Assembly: GCA_047602425.1 (NCBI GenBank)
Contig: JASGHG010000001.1
Location: forward strand, 896,001-960,000
Reading direction: 5' to 3'
Origin: Nibricoccus sp.
GTDB taxonomy: Bacteria > Verrucomicrobiota > Verrucomicrobiia > Opitutales > Opitutaceae
DNA: 64,000 bases
The translations under genes and the position numbers were made by a program. Below, piece after piece: positions 1 to 10,700 of the stretch (positions are counted from its first letter, which is position 1; every line of letters begins with the position of its first letter). The notes below the pieces were generated by a model. That model ran no database searches, was not told where the DNA came from, and worked only from the letters and a program-made list of their open reading frames with translations.

Positions 1-161
1 TGGCTGATGCCTGCGTCATCGTTCCTATCGTCAACGCCAGCAATATCACACCGCACACCGAGGCCTTCCAAGCGGTCATTTGGCATCTCTGGGTTTCCCA
101 TCCTGACCTAAAGGCCCATCAAACGAAGTGGGAGAGCGTCGCCACACGACCGGGTTTCTGA
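1..161 (+). CDS. 3' end of SIS-domain sugar isomerase (GmhA-like), partial
   Basis: Frame 3 reads ADACVIVPIVNASNITPHTEAFQAVIWHLWVSHP...TKWES...*, resembling SIS C-termini; directly upstream of gmhB. Confidence 0.7.
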   Translation, partial: ADACVIVPIVNASNITPHTEAFQAVIWHLWVSHPDLKAHQTKWESVATRPGF

Positions 162-172
162 CGCAAGACGCG

Positions 173-724
173 ATGGTTTTGAAGCCAGCTGTTTTCCTCG
201 ACCGCGACGGCACGCTCAACGCGCCGCTTGTGCGCGACGGCAAACCCTATCCGCCCGCGACGCCCGATGAATTCGTGCTCATCGAAGGCGTCAACGAGGC
301 CTGCGCTCGTCTTGCCGCCGCCGGCTTCGTCCTCGTTGTGGCTACGAATCAACCCGACGTAGGGCGCGGCACGCAGTCCCGCGAAGCCGTCGAGGCCATG
401 CATGCGAAACTGCTTCAATTAATCCCGGCCATCGCCCGCGTGGAAGTTTGTTACGCGCCCGGAGACGAGTCACCTCCCTCGAGCGACCGAAAGCCCGCGC
501 CCGGAATGTTGCAACGCGCCGCCCGCGACCTCGGACTCGATCTTTCCCGCTCATGGATGGTTGGCGATCGTTGGCGCGACATCGATTGCGGTTACAACGC
601 CGGCGTGAAAACCATTTTTATTGACTGGGGTTACGACGAAAAACTCCGCGCCCAACCCCAATACACCGTTAAAACCTTCTCGGAAGCCGTGGGAATTATC
701 CTTGCTCGCCACCGGCCCGACTGA
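173..724 (+). CDS. gmhB: D-glycero-D-manno-heptose 1,7-bisphosphate phosphatase (HAD IIIA)
   Basis: AVFLDRDGTLN, ATNQ, RKPAPGML, SWMVGDRWRD motifs; ATG at 173 in frame with ORF 128..724. Confidence 0.9.
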   Translation: MVLKPAVFLDRDGTLNAPLVRDGKPYPPATPDEFVLIEGVNEACARLAAAGFVLVVATNQPDVGRGTQSREAVEAMHAKLLQLIPAIARVEVCYAPGDESPPSSDRKPAPGMLQRAARDLGLDLSRSWMVGDRWRDIDCGYNAGVKTIFIDWGYDEKLRAQPQYTVKTFSEAVGIILARHRPD

Positions 725-739
725 ATCCTTGGCCCTTCC

Positions 740-1459
740 ATGCGGTCTCTCTCCGACCTCAAAATCCAACTTTACGCCGACGGTGCCGACAAAGCGGGTA
801 TCCTCGATCTTTACGCCAAACCCTACATCAAGGGACTGACGACCAATCCCACTCTCATGCGGAAGGCCGGCGTACGCGATTACGAGACCTTTGCACGAGA
901 CATTCTCACGGTCGTCACCGAAAAACCGATTTCGTTCGAAGTCATCTCCAATGACTTTGCCGAGATGGAACGGCAGGCGGTAAAAATCGCCAGCTGGGGC
1001 AAAAATGTCTTCGTCAAAATTCCGATCACCAATTCCCAAGGAGCTTCCTCGATTCCGCTGGTCGAGCGCCTAGTGGCGCAAAAAGTTCAGCTCAATCTGA
1101 CGGCCCTGCTCACCTTGGACCAAGTGAAAGCGGTCGCCGCAGTTTTGCCGCCCGAGTTGCCCTCCATCATCTCGATCTTCGCCGGCCGCGTCGCCGATAC
1201 CGGCCGGGATCCCGTGCAAATCGTCCGCGACGCCCGCCGTTTTATCAAAGACCTTCCCAACACCAAGCTGCTTTGGGCCAGCGTGCGCGAAGTCCTCAAC
1301 CTCGTGCAAGCCGAGGAAAGCGGTTGCGACATCGTCACCGTCACCCACGACATCCTGGCCCGCGCCAGCCGCACGCTCGGTTTGGACCTCACCACGCTCT
1401 CGCTCGAGACCGTGCAAATGTTTGCACGTGACGCCCGTGAGGCCGGCTACACACTTTAG
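740..1459 (+). CDS. tal: Transaldolase / fructose-6-phosphate aldolase family protein
   Basis: GLTTNPTL, ISFEV, FVKIP (Schiff-base Lys), ISIFAGRVAD, LLWASVRE. Confidence 0.88.
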   Translation: MRSLSDLKIQLYADGADKAGILDLYAKPYIKGLTTNPTLMRKAGVRDYETFARDILTVVTEKPISFEVISNDFAEMERQAVKIASWGKNVFVKIPITNSQGASSIPLVERLVAQKVQLNLTALLTLDQVKAVAAVLPPELPSIISIFAGRVADTGRDPVQIVRDARRFIKDLPNTKLLWASVREVLNLVQAEESGCDIVTVTHDILARASRTLGLDLTTLSLETVQMFARDAREAGYTL

Positions 1460-1473
1460 CCGAACCATTTCCC

Positions 1474-4400
1474 ATGTCCCTATCGCCCGCCATCGCTGCA
1501 TGGGTTGACCAATCCCTCCAAAAGGAAGGTCGGCTGCCGGACGGAAAAAGAACTTCGCTGACGCCACTTCCAGGCAACCCGGAGCGAAAAGATCATGTTA
1601 CGCTCCAGCGTCACGTGGTTTTTCTCGAAGGGCGTCCCCTCGCCCTGCTCATCCTCGGTGTGCAACTCGCCGCTTTAAAAGAACGCACGGAACTTTTTGC
1701 ACAGGCTTACCCTACGCTCGCCTGTCCGATTTTCGCCGTCGGTTCGATTGAAGGGCACGATGTTTTGCTCGCAGAATACTTCACCGGCGTTGCCGCCCAG
1801 CAGGCGCTCGCCGAACCATCCATCGGAGAGAAAGGCGTCCTCGCCGCCCTTGAAAAACTGGCGTCTTTGTTCGACGCATCGTTGCTACCTTCCACTGTCG
1901 ACGCCGCTCGCGCCGAGCTACAGGAGCTGTTCAAACGCGTGCTCGCGATCGAACGATGGACCGCCTTTGACCATGGTTTTCTAACGGGCATCGTCTTTCC
2001 GTTTGTCGAAGAAAAACTCCTCGCCGTGCCGCCCCGCCGCCGTGTCACAAACGGAGATCTCACTTTGAGCAACCTCCTCGTCGACGCCGCAGGTTCCATC
2101 AAGCTCATCGACTACGAACAGGCTGCGTTCACGCACTTTCATCAGGAAGACTGGTTGCGCCTGACTTTTTGGCACGCGTCGAAGGCCATCCGCGAATTTG
2201 CCCTCGCCCGCGTTGAAAGTCTTCCGGCGACGCAACTTTTCCTGCATTTAAAACAAATCGTCTTCGAGCACGATGTGATCCGTCCGGTAAAAGCCACAAC
2301 CGACCTCCAGCACTGGTCCTCGGAAATACGCAGTCTGCTCATTCGACAATCACCGGATCTCGCTCGCTCCGCCTTCCTTTCTGGCGCTGAAAATTCAGAA
2401 ACCAATATTAACCGCCAAATCCTGACAAATTCCGTCCAGAATCATCGCCAGGCGACTGAACTTTTCGAATATGCCAGTCAGTTAACTGGTCTCTATAACC
2501 AGCATGCCCACAAAATCCACCGCATGCAGGAGTCATTTTCCTGGCGCTGCACGGCCTGGCTGCGCGCCTTGCGTCGCAAATTCTGGGATCCCAGCCATCC
2601 GCCGGCCACGCGCCCCGGCCCGCGCTCTGCGCTCACCTTCCCCTTTGCCGAAGAAGATCTCACGCCGCCAGCCAGCCCCCTGATCCACTATCAGATTGTT
2701 TCGGGAATTGATTTACTGAATGTGGTTCAGGACCCAGTGCTGACCGGATGGGTTTTTTCACCCGACATGCGAGGACTCCGCTCGATAAGAGCCCGAATCA
2801 ATGACCGTATCTACGTTGGCCAGTATGGATTGGAGCGACGGGAAATTTCGGAGAAATTCCTTCCCCAAGCCTGGAGCGGTTTCAGCGTCGAACTCAGAAT
2901 CGAGAAATCCGATGAATTATTGGATCTGGAAATTGGCGATGGCGACGATCTCTGGCTTCCCTTCTTCAGTGTATCGCTGCGGCATGGCCGCCCACCACTT
3001 GCCACGAGCAACCAGCCGTCGATGCTTGGCAACTCCACCCGTTATGCGAGTTGGGTGGCACGGTATGATACTCTCACCCCGGGCATGCTTGCCGACCTAC
3101 GACTCCGGTCTAAAAATCTTCCTCGTCATCCGCTCATCTCTCTGGCGATGCCGGTGTACAATACGGATGAACGCTGGCTCCGTCGTGTCATTGAGACTAT
3201 TCAGGCCCAAGTCTACACGAACTGGGAGCTCTGCATTGCGGACGACACGTCGACCAAGCCTCATGTCCGCTCGATCCTCGAACAATTCGCCGCGCAGGAT
3301 TCTCGCATCAAAGTCACTTTTCGGGCCAGCAACGGCCACATTTCCGCCGCGTCTAACTCCGCGCTTGAACTCGTCACTGGTGAATTCACCGCCTTCGTCG
3401 ACCATGACGACGAATTGCCGCCTCATGCGCTCTACTATTTCGCGGAACTCATCTGTCGCCACCCCGGGGCCGAACTTATTTATTCCGATGAAGACAAGAT
3501 TACAGAAGCAGGCGCTCGCTTCCATCCGCACTTCAAGCCCGATTGGAATCCCGACCTGTTGAAAGGACAAAACTACCTCTGTCATCTCATGGCATGCCGA
3601 ACCACTACCCTGAGGTCAATCGGCGGATTCCGCATCGGAGTCGAAGGTTCACAGGATTGGGATCTCGCTCTTCGCCTCGTCGAACGGCTAAAACCCGAGC
3701 AAATCCACCATATCCCCCGCATTCTTTACCACTGGCGTGCAGTTGAAGGATCAACCGCCCTTCAGCTCCGAACCAAGGACTATACCACCAAGGCGGCCCG
3801 CAAAACACTCGAAGACCACTTTCGCCGCGTCGGGCAAAATGCCACGCCTGAACTAATTCGCGGTCAGCATTGGCATATTCAATATGCCCTCCCGACCTCG
3901 AGCCCTCTCGTCACTCTCATCATACCCACACGCAATCGCCGCGAACTGCTTGCGACATGTATTGAAAGCATTCGGGCGAAAACCAAATATCCAAATTTCG
4001 AATTTCTGATCGCCGACAACGATTCCGATGACCCGGAATTATCCGCCTTTTACGATACACAAAAGAAACAGGGCCGTTTCACCGTGCTTCCGTGCCCCGG
4101 AACATTCAACTTTTCAGCAATCAATAACCGCGCCGTCAAAGCCGCCGCCGGCGAGTTGATTGGCTTGCTGAACAACGACCTCGAGGCCCTTCATGCCGAA
4201 TGGCTCGATGAAATGGTTGGGCACGCATTACGTCCCGAAATCGGCGTGGTCGGCGCAAAGCTTTACTATCCCGACATGCGCATCCAGCATGCGGGCATCA
4301 TTACCGGGCTCGGCGGCGTCGCCGGACACGCGTTCAAAAACTTCGGACGCAATGATGCCGGCAATGGCCAATTCCGTCCTCACGTTGCTCAAAATCTGTC

Positions 4401-4755
4401 CGCCGTCACTGCCGCGTGCATGGTGATGCGCAAATCTGTATTTGAGCAGGCCCACGGATTTGATGAAGACAATCTCAAGGTGGCATTCAATGACGTCGAT
4501 TTCTGCCTGCGGGTCGAGGCCCTTGGTTACCGCAACCTCTTCACGCCCTTCGCCGAATTGATCCATCACGAATCTGCTAGCCGCGGCGCTGAGGACTGTC
4601 CCGAAAAAGTCGCGCGCTTCGCCAAGGAGATCGAATTTATGAAAAAGCGCTGGGGCACGCGTCTGCTGAACGATCCTGCCTACAATCCAAATCTCACGCT
4701 CGACACCGAAGATTTCGCCTGCGCTTTTCCGCCGAGGCATCGTCCGCACGCATGA
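1474..4755 (+). CDS. Multidomain glycosyltransferase: N-terminal phosphotransferase-like domain plus two GT2 domains
   Basis: NGDLTLSNLL..IKLIDYE kinase-like motif; GT2 motifs ISLAMPVYN/ADD/FVDHDD and VTLIIPTRN/LLNND/FNDVDFC. Confidence 0.85.
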   Translation: MSLSPAIAAWVDQSLQKEGRLPDGKRTSLTPLPGNPERKDHVTLQRHVVFLEGRPLALLILGVQLAALKERTELFAQAYPTLACPIFAVGSIEGHDVLLAEYFTGVAAQQALAEPSIGEKGVLAALEKLASLFDASLLPSTVDAARAELQELFKRVLAIERWTAFDHGFLTGIVFPFVEEKLLAVPPRRRVTNGDLTLSNLLVDAAGSIKLIDYEQAAFTHFHQEDWLRLTFWHASKAIREFALARVESLPATQLFLHLKQIVFEHDVIRPVKATTDLQHWSSEIRSLLIRQSPDLARSAFLSGAENSETNINRQILTNSVQNHRQATELFEYASQLTGLYNQHAHKIHRMQESFSWRCTAWLRALRRKFWDPSHPPATRPGPRSALTFPFAEEDLTPPASPLIHYQIVSGIDLLNVVQDPVLTGWVFSPDMRGLRSIRARINDRIYVGQYGLERREISEKFLPQAWSGFSVELRIEKSDELLDLEIGDGDDLWLPFFSVSLRHGRPPLATSNQPSMLGNSTRYASWVARYDTLTPGMLADLRLRSKNLPRHPLISLAMPVYNTDERWLRRVIETIQAQVYTNWELCIADDTSTKPHVRSILEQFAAQDSRIKVTFRASNGHISAASNSALELVTGEFTAFVDHDDELPPHALYYFAELICRHPGAELIYSDEDKITEAGARFHPHFKPDWNPDLLKGQNYLCHLMACRTTTLRSIGGFRIGVEGSQDWDLALRLVERLKPEQIHHIPRILYHWRAVEGSTALQLRTKDYTTKAARKTLEDHFRRVGQNATPELIRGQHWHIQYALPTSSPLVTLIIPTRNRRELLATCIESIRAKTKYPNFEFLIADNDSDDPELSAFYDTQKKQGRFTVLPCPGTFNFSAINNRAVKAAAGELIGLLNNDLEALHAEWLDEMVGHALRPEIGVVGAKLYYPDMRIQHAGIITGLGGVAGHAFKNFGRNDAGNGQFRPHVAQNLSAVTAACMVMRKSVFEQAHGFDEDNLKVAFNDVDFCLRVEALGYRNLFTPFAELIHHESASRGAEDCPEKVARFAKEIEFMKKRWGTRLLNDPAYNPNLTLDTEDFACAFPPRHRPHA

Positions 4756-7148
4756 GCGCAGAAGTTGCCAGTACCCTGCCACGGCCGGCGGGCGGACCCA
4801 ACCGCTGGTGGCTCAATCCGCGGATCGTTGTATCTGTTTTTCTGGTTTTAGTTCTTTGGCCTTCGCTGATGTATCCGCTGCCCGGTCCTCTCGATATTTC
4901 ATTGGATGGATCGTGGCCTGGCGTCCTCCAATACGCTCATGAACATGGCTGGCAATTTGGAAAGGACATTGTCTTCACCTGGGGTCCATGGGGGTTTCTC
5001 AACAATTATGTCCATCTAGGTGGGACAGGCGCCACCACCAAAATTCTTTGGGAAACCCTCGGTAAATTGGGCATCGCAATCGCGCTCGTTGTTCTCACGC
5101 GGAGGCTTCCTCTGCTCAACCAGATTCTTTTTGTGGTTGGTTGCGTTTGTTTCAGCTGGCTCTTTTTGGACTCAATATTTCTCGTTCTCATTACGATCGC
5201 GGTTTTCTGCGCATTGCTGCGAGACGATCGCCCTTGGTGGGAGCACCTGATTTGGATGTTGGTGCTATGTTTTCTTGGACAATTTAAATTCACCTACACC
5301 GTGTTTGGCGGAATTGGTATCGGCGCAGCAACGGGCCTTAGGATATTGCGCCGGCAGTGGAAAAGGGCCGCGGGAATGGCGGGAAGTTTTGCGGTGGTTT
5401 ATATCCTGCTCTGGATCATATCAGGACAAAACCCGGACAATCTCTATCCATTTTTTCGCCTCAGCCTGCAAATCAGCTCGGGGTATGCCGATGCCATGGG
5501 CATCAATGAGCCGTCGGCAGTCTTCCTGTGGGGTGCCGCGCTCGCGCTGACTTGTAGCATTTTTGTCTATCGACTTTTCGCGAGACACAACGACCGTTCC
5601 TATGGAATCGCGGCAGCAGCCTATCTCGCCCTGACTTGGTACGTGGTTTGGAAACATAGCTACGTGCGAGCCGACAGCCACGTCTTCGGCTTCTATATCT
5701 ATACGTTGCTACTCGCTCTGGTCCTGCCTCCTCTCTGTTTCCCAAAAACGCCTTGGCACTGGTTCTATATAGCTGTCGTTCTGGCGGGAGCCTGTTTCGA
5801 AATATTTGATCCCGGTTTACTCACTCGCTGCCCCCAGGTCGCATGGAGACGCACCACAGAAAATTACCGTATTTTATTTCAGGTCAGTTCCCTCCCCTCA
5901 CGTTGGCAGCAGGACTACGAACAAGCCCGAAACACAGCGCAACTTCCCTCCGTCAAAAAGCAGGTCGGACAAGCCAGCATCGATGTCTTTAACTACAACC
6001 AGGGGGTCGCAATTCTCAACGACCTCAACTACCGCCCACGCCCAATATACCAAAGCTATAGCGCCTATACTCCGCGACTCGCCGCGCGTAATCTTAAATT
6101 CTACCAGTCAGATCGCGCTCCTGAATATGTTCTCTGGCGTCAGGTCAGCATCGATTCCCGTTATCCCACCATCGACGATTCATTGTTGATTCCCGAACTA
6201 CCCGGCATGTACCAACCAGTTCTCACTGAGGGAGACTATTTGCTGCTGAAGCGGCGCCCGGGCGTGCACACTGGACGCCTCGAACGCAGCCTGCTGGTGA
6301 CACGGTCGCTGCGCCTCGGAGAGACGATGGAGTTGCCACCAGATTTTGAACGCCCCCTCTGGCTCCAAGCCCGTTTGCCACTCAACAAACTCGGCCACTT
6401 GCGCGCAGTGCTCTACAAGCCGCCTATGCTCACGCTGGTCGTTAAAGATAACTACGGCTCCGAATACGCCTGGCGCATCTTGCCCCGTATCGCAGAAGAT
6501 GGTTTCCTCCTCTCACCCCTGTTGGAAACCCAAGAAGACTTCGCCAGTTACATGCGAGGCCGCGGACAAAAATGGATTCGATCGCTTCGACTTGAAGCTC
6601 CCAAACCCGATCGCGAATTTTGGGCACGGATCTGGGATTGCGCCGATATCAGTCTCTATGCATTGCCGGGCCTGAAAATGACTCCCGGTCAGATCATGGA
6701 AGCGTGGGTGGAGCATGGCATAACCAACCTGCTGCCAGTGTCAGCTCACGCCGCTATAAATCCCCAACTTTTCGATACCGGCACCAACCGCGCACTGCTG
6801 ATGCATGCTCCTAGCTCGATGGATTTCAAACCCGCTGACTCCGACGCACATCTTAGTGGCACCTTCGGGCTCCGTGACCAGGCTTTCCAAGGTGAAAATC
6901 AGTCCAATGGAGTCGATTTCGTCGTGGAACAAATTCAGTCCGACGGAACCTTGAGCGTGCTCTTCCGGCGTCCTTTGCGCCCGCTGCAAATAGTCGCCGA
7001 TCGCGGTCCGCAGACATTTTCCATCGCACTCCCACCCGGAACTGGTCGCAAAATCACGCTGCGACTTCTGCCTGGCGACAAAGACGACTCCCGCTGGGAC
7101 TGGTCCTATCTCACCGACATCAAGTTTACATCGTCGCCACAACCATGA
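4752..7148 (+). CDS. Polytopic membrane protein with C-terminal periplasmic domains, putative GT-C glycosyltransferase
   Basis: 798-aa ORF coupled to previous gene (ATGA overlap); many hydrophobic helices; LDGSW after first TM. Confidence 0.65.
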   Translation: MSAEVASTLPRPAGGPNRWWLNPRIVVSVFLVLVLWPSLMYPLPGPLDISLDGSWPGVLQYAHEHGWQFGKDIVFTWGPWGFLNNYVHLGGTGATTKILWETLGKLGIAIALVVLTRRLPLLNQILFVVGCVCFSWLFLDSIFLVLITIAVFCALLRDDRPWWEHLIWMLVLCFLGQFKFTYTVFGGIGIGAATGLRILRRQWKRAAGMAGSFAVVYILLWIISGQNPDNLYPFFRLSLQISSGYADAMGINEPSAVFLWGAALALTCSIFVYRLFARHNDRSYGIAAAAYLALTWYVVWKHSYVRADSHVFGFYIYTLLLALVLPPLCFPKTPWHWFYIAVVLAGACFEIFDPGLLTRCPQVAWRRTTENYRILFQVSSLPSRWQQDYEQARNTAQLPSVKKQVGQASIDVFNYNQGVAILNDLNYRPRPIYQSYSAYTPRLAARNLKFYQSDRAPEYVLWRQVSIDSRYPTIDDSLLIPELPGMYQPVLTEGDYLLLKRRPGVHTGRLERSLLVTRSLRLGETMELPPDFERPLWLQARLPLNKLGHLRAVLYKPPMLTLVVKDNYGSEYAWRILPRIAEDGFLLSPLLETQEDFASYMRGRGQKWIRSLRLEAPKPDREFWARIWDCADISLYALPGLKMTPGQIMEAWVEHGITNLLPVSAHAAINPQLFDTGTNRALLMHAPSSMDFKPADSDAHLSGTFGLRDQAFQGENQSNGVDFVVEQIQSDGTLSVLFRRPLRPLQIVADRGPQTFSIALPPGTGRKITLRLLPGDKDDSRWDWSYLTDIKFTSSPQP

Positions 7149-8461
7149 GTGACCTCCAACAAAAAAATTGTGAGAATGGTCGGCGCGACACCCTCCTCCT
7201 TGCCTTGGGCGGAGCTCTGGCCCTTGCGCCATTCGTGTTATTGCAAAGCGAGTTCTCCAAATTGTTTTGGTTCGGTGACGACTGGGATCTGCTCGATCAA
7301 ATCCAGCGAATGGGCACGTGGAAGTGGACCTGGCAGGTTTTTGCCGAGAATTTCGTCCCTCTTTTCAAGCTGCTTTGGAGCGGAGGCGTGCATCTCTTTC
7401 ACGGTGGCTATTTTGGCATGCTCGTCTTGCTCTGGCTGACGCATGCGTTCAATACTTATCAATTCGGGCGGGTGCTCCGCCGCCACGGCTTTTCTTGGTT
7501 CTCCTCACTGGTTTGCCAAATTGTCTTCGGCCTGACTCCAGCCAACCTTGAAACGCTCGGATGGTCCACCCAATGGTCGGCCGTGCTCGCGACCACGTTT
7601 CTGCTGATTGGTTTGGAACGAATCGCCCAAAATGAGCCGCATATGTCTCAACCGACGTGGAAACATGTGCTCATGCTCGTGGTTTTTTCCACCGCAAGCG
7701 CGCTTTCATTTTCACGAGGCATTCTGACGGGAGCTATTTTTGCATTGGCCTGCTTGTGGCCTGCTCCACACGGTCTATCGTTCGCACAGAGGTTATTGCA
7801 GGCGGCTCTATATACCCTTCCCGGCTTCATCGTTGCTGTCCTGATCATGAGTCTGGCCACGGGCAATCATCAGAATTTCAATGGCCATCTGCTTGATGCC
7901 GCCGACTACGCGCTTTGGGTATTTTGCATGAATCCGCTTTATCGCCTCGTGGAAATGGATTCATGGGGACTGCATACGATTGCGATACTAGGCATCTCGA
8001 AAGTTCTGCTTGTTGGATGGGGATTGCTGCGCTGCGATCGGCGTCAACGCATGCTTTTGATTTTACTGCTCGCCTTCGATTTTGGAAATGCCGCGCTACT
8101 TGGCATCGGGCGTTATCACACCGGATTGGTTACGACAATTAGTTCACGCTATCAATATTCCACTTTAATCGCCACTTTGCCGTACATCGCCATTTGGATT
8201 GAATATATGGTTGTGGTAAAGCTGGGATCCACCCCACGGCTACAGCGTTCGGCTATAGTCGTCGCCATTGTCCTCATCCTGGTGCTTTCAAGCCATCGTT
8301 GGCCGAATGAAATTCGCGGTTTCGCTCAAACCCGCGGCAGTGACACGAGAAAAATCATTTTCACCGATCCGAACCCGCCGGAAAACGGCGCCATTCCCGG
8401 AATATCGTTCTTGTCCACCGCCCGGGCTAAGGAGCTAACCAAACACTACAACCTGCATTGA
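7145..8461 (+). CDS. Polytopic membrane protein, putative GT-C glycosyltransferase
   Basis: Multiple TM segments; GDDW acidic motif after first TM; SRYQY motif. Confidence 0.65.
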   Translation: MSDLQQKNCENGRRDTLLLALGGALALAPFVLLQSEFSKLFWFGDDWDLLDQIQRMGTWKWTWQVFAENFVPLFKLLWSGGVHLFHGGYFGMLVLLWLTHAFNTYQFGRVLRRHGFSWFSSLVCQIVFGLTPANLETLGWSTQWSAVLATTFLLIGLERIAQNEPHMSQPTWKHVLMLVVFSTASALSFSRGILTGAIFALACLWPAPHGLSFAQRLLQAALYTLPGFIVAVLIMSLATGNHQNFNGHLLDAADYALWVFCMNPLYRLVEMDSWGLHTIAILGISKVLLVGWGLLRCDRRQRMLLILLLAFDFGNAALLGIGRYHTGLVTTISSRYQYSTLIATLPYIAIWIEYMVVVKLGSTPRLQRSAIVVAIVLILVLSSHRWPNEIRGFAQTRGSDTRKIIFTDPNPPENGAIPGISFLSTARAKELTKHYNLH

Positions 8462-8464
8462 TTG

Positions 8465-10693
8465 ATGTCCCTCTGGCCCAAATCCATCGCTTCGCTTTTC
8501 ATTGCGGGACTGTTTGTTTCTATATGCTGCGGTTTCGCCCGCGCCAATACCGAGGTTCAGCTCGAGGGACGGTTTGCTGCGAGCGATGGAAGTTTTGATC
8601 GCGGACGATTCAAGGATGTGCGAAAAGAAGTCGAGCTCTGGGACTCTTGGCAACACAGCGACGCCAATATGGGCAAACTGCGCTACGGCCCATTCATCCT
8701 TGAAAAACGCTTTTCCATTTATGCTGCCGGAGCCATCAGCAACAAAACCGTGCTCGTGGCATGGGAAGATGCAAAAACTGGCGAACGCATCTCCCTTGAG
8801 CCTCGCTTTGGTCCCGATAACCGTTGGGTGCTTTTTCATTGGAGCCCCCCCTCCAACTGGGTTGGCCGGTCTGTTTACATGATCGCGGAAGACAATTCTG
8901 CTGATCCCGGGCAGTGGATTGGGGTAAGTGCTCCGCTTGATCAAGGGCTCCACTATGAACCATTTGTCACGATCGGTTTTTGGTACCCGATAGTCTTTAT
9001 AGTAGTGCTTTTACCTGGCTTCGCTTGGACGGTTTGGCGCCATCCTAAAAACCAGTTAAAACCGGAAAGTTGTCTCACGCGCGTCCTTGTCGCCAGCTCC
9101 GTGACCGGCTATGCCGTGTTCTTCGTTTATTTCGCCAGTCCTCTCGTCGGAAAGATCTCCAGTTGGGCTGTGTTGCTGGCGAGTCTCGGACTGATTATTA
9201 AATATTGGCGGCTGAAGCCCACCGATGCAATCAAGCACCCCGTAACAGTCCCATTGGCCATTTGTTTTTTCACCGGTTTGTTGTACTCAACCATCCTCTT
9301 GGCCTACGGTGGAACGAATTCTCCTCAGCTTGTGAGTATGAATCGCTACCTCTACACCATGCCGCCAGATACAATTCTGCCGTATTGGTTAAGCGAACGC
9401 TTGTATGCCGGAACGACATTGAAGCCATTTTTCAGCGATTGGTTGAGCAGCGATCGACCGCCTCTCCAGGCGGCGCTCCATTTGTTAACCGCACCATTTG
9501 TCCCCCTGCGCATCGGTTACCAATTGATGAGTACAGCACTGCAATGTTGGTCCCTACTTGGAATCTGGATTCTCCTTCGGAAAGCATCGATCCAGCCGCG
9601 CACGATTGCATGGATTCTTTTTGGTTGCGTGTTCTCTGGATTCTTTCTGTTCAACAGCACCTTCGTGTGGCCCAAGTTGCTTCCCGCCGCGTTTCTTCTG
9701 ATCAGTGCATCGGGACTTTTATTGAAACCGCGGGAGCCGGCCTTGCTAACAGGAGGCTGTGCGGCCCTCGCCATGCTCGGTCATGGCGGCAGTGCCTTTG
9801 GACTTGCCGGCATCATTGTTGCATCACTCCTCTGGCCCCCCGAACGCAGATTCATCTACTGGGCAAAGACAGCTGCTATCGGCATAATATTGCTGCTACC
9901 CTGGACGTTGTATCAAAAATTCTACGATCCGCCGGGCAACCGTCTGCTCAAGTGGCATCTCGGGGGAGTAGTTCCTGTTGACGCACGCCCCCTCGGACAG
10001 ACGATCCTCGATTCCTACCGATCCCAACCGGCCTCCGAATTGCTCACCGCAAAATGGCGTAATACGAAGATGATGTTCTACTATTTGGACGCCTTGACGG
10101 AAAATTGGCGTGCCGCTACCAATCTTTGGAACCAAGGCCGGCGCATGGATGCCTTTGTGCGCTTCAGCTATCAACTTCGGGAGGGATGTTTTTTCCATTT
10201 GGTCCAGTCGCCCGAATTGTTCATCGCGGGTTTGTTCGGATTAATAGCATTCTTGTTCCGGCGGACACGCGTAATGCCCGAGTTCCACCTAGCGTACATT
10301 CTGACCGCTGTTTTTGCATTTGGTACAATCGCTTGGTGCCTCCTGATGTTTGTCCCTGGATCAACGACAAATCATCAAGGCTCCTATTTCAACAATGCCT
10401 GCCTCTTTCTACTTTCAGGGATCGGAGTGAGTGCTTTGCCGAAGCTGCTGCGCTGGCCTCTCGCATGTGTCTATGTTTTGTGGTTCTTCGTCGTCTGGGC
10501 CTACGCTCCTCCGACCGCCATGAATACGACCGCGCTCCTAACATCAGCCGACCCCCTCGTTTTAGTCCTTGGAAGCTTCGCAACCGCGTGCATCGTTTGC
10601 TCCTTGTTCCTGTTGGCAGCTGACCGGAACAAAGGCGTCGCTGACAACGCTTCCTCCTCAGTGACCACTTCCTTTTCCACAACCAGCGTATAA
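8465..10693 (+). CDS. Polytopic membrane protein with N-terminal exported domain, putative GT-C-like
   Basis: Signal-peptide-like start, numerous TM segments, WLSSDRPPLQ and FVWPKLL segments. Confidence 0.6.
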   Translation: MSLWPKSIASLFIAGLFVSICCGFARANTEVQLEGRFAASDGSFDRGRFKDVRKEVELWDSWQHSDANMGKLRYGPFILEKRFSIYAAGAISNKTVLVAWEDAKTGERISLEPRFGPDNRWVLFHWSPPSNWVGRSVYMIAEDNSADPGQWIGVSAPLDQGLHYEPFVTIGFWYPIVFIVVLLPGFAWTVWRHPKNQLKPESCLTRVLVASSVTGYAVFFVYFASPLVGKISSWAVLLASLGLIIKYWRLKPTDAIKHPVTVPLAICFFTGLLYSTILLAYGGTNSPQLVSMNRYLYTMPPDTILPYWLSERLYAGTTLKPFFSDWLSSDRPPLQAALHLLTAPFVPLRIGYQLMSTALQCWSLLGIWILLRKASIQPRTIAWILFGCVFSGFFLFNSTFVWPKLLPAAFLLISASGLLLKPREPALLTGGCAALAMLGHGGSAFGLAGIIVASLLWPPERRFIYWAKTAAIGIILLLPWTLYQKFYDPPGNRLLKWHLGGVVPVDARPLGQTILDSYRSQPASELLTAKWRNTKMMFYYLDALTENWRAATNLWNQGRRMDAFVRFSYQLREGCFFHLVQSPELFIAGLFGLIAFLFRRTRVMPEFHLAYILTAVFAFGTIAWCLLMFVPGSTTNHQGSYFNNACLFLLSGIGVSALPKLLRWPLACVYVLWFFVVWAYAPPTAMNTTALLTSADPLVLVLGSFATACIVCSLFLLAADRNKGVADNASSSVTTSFSTTSV

Positions 10694-10700
10694 AGCCAAC

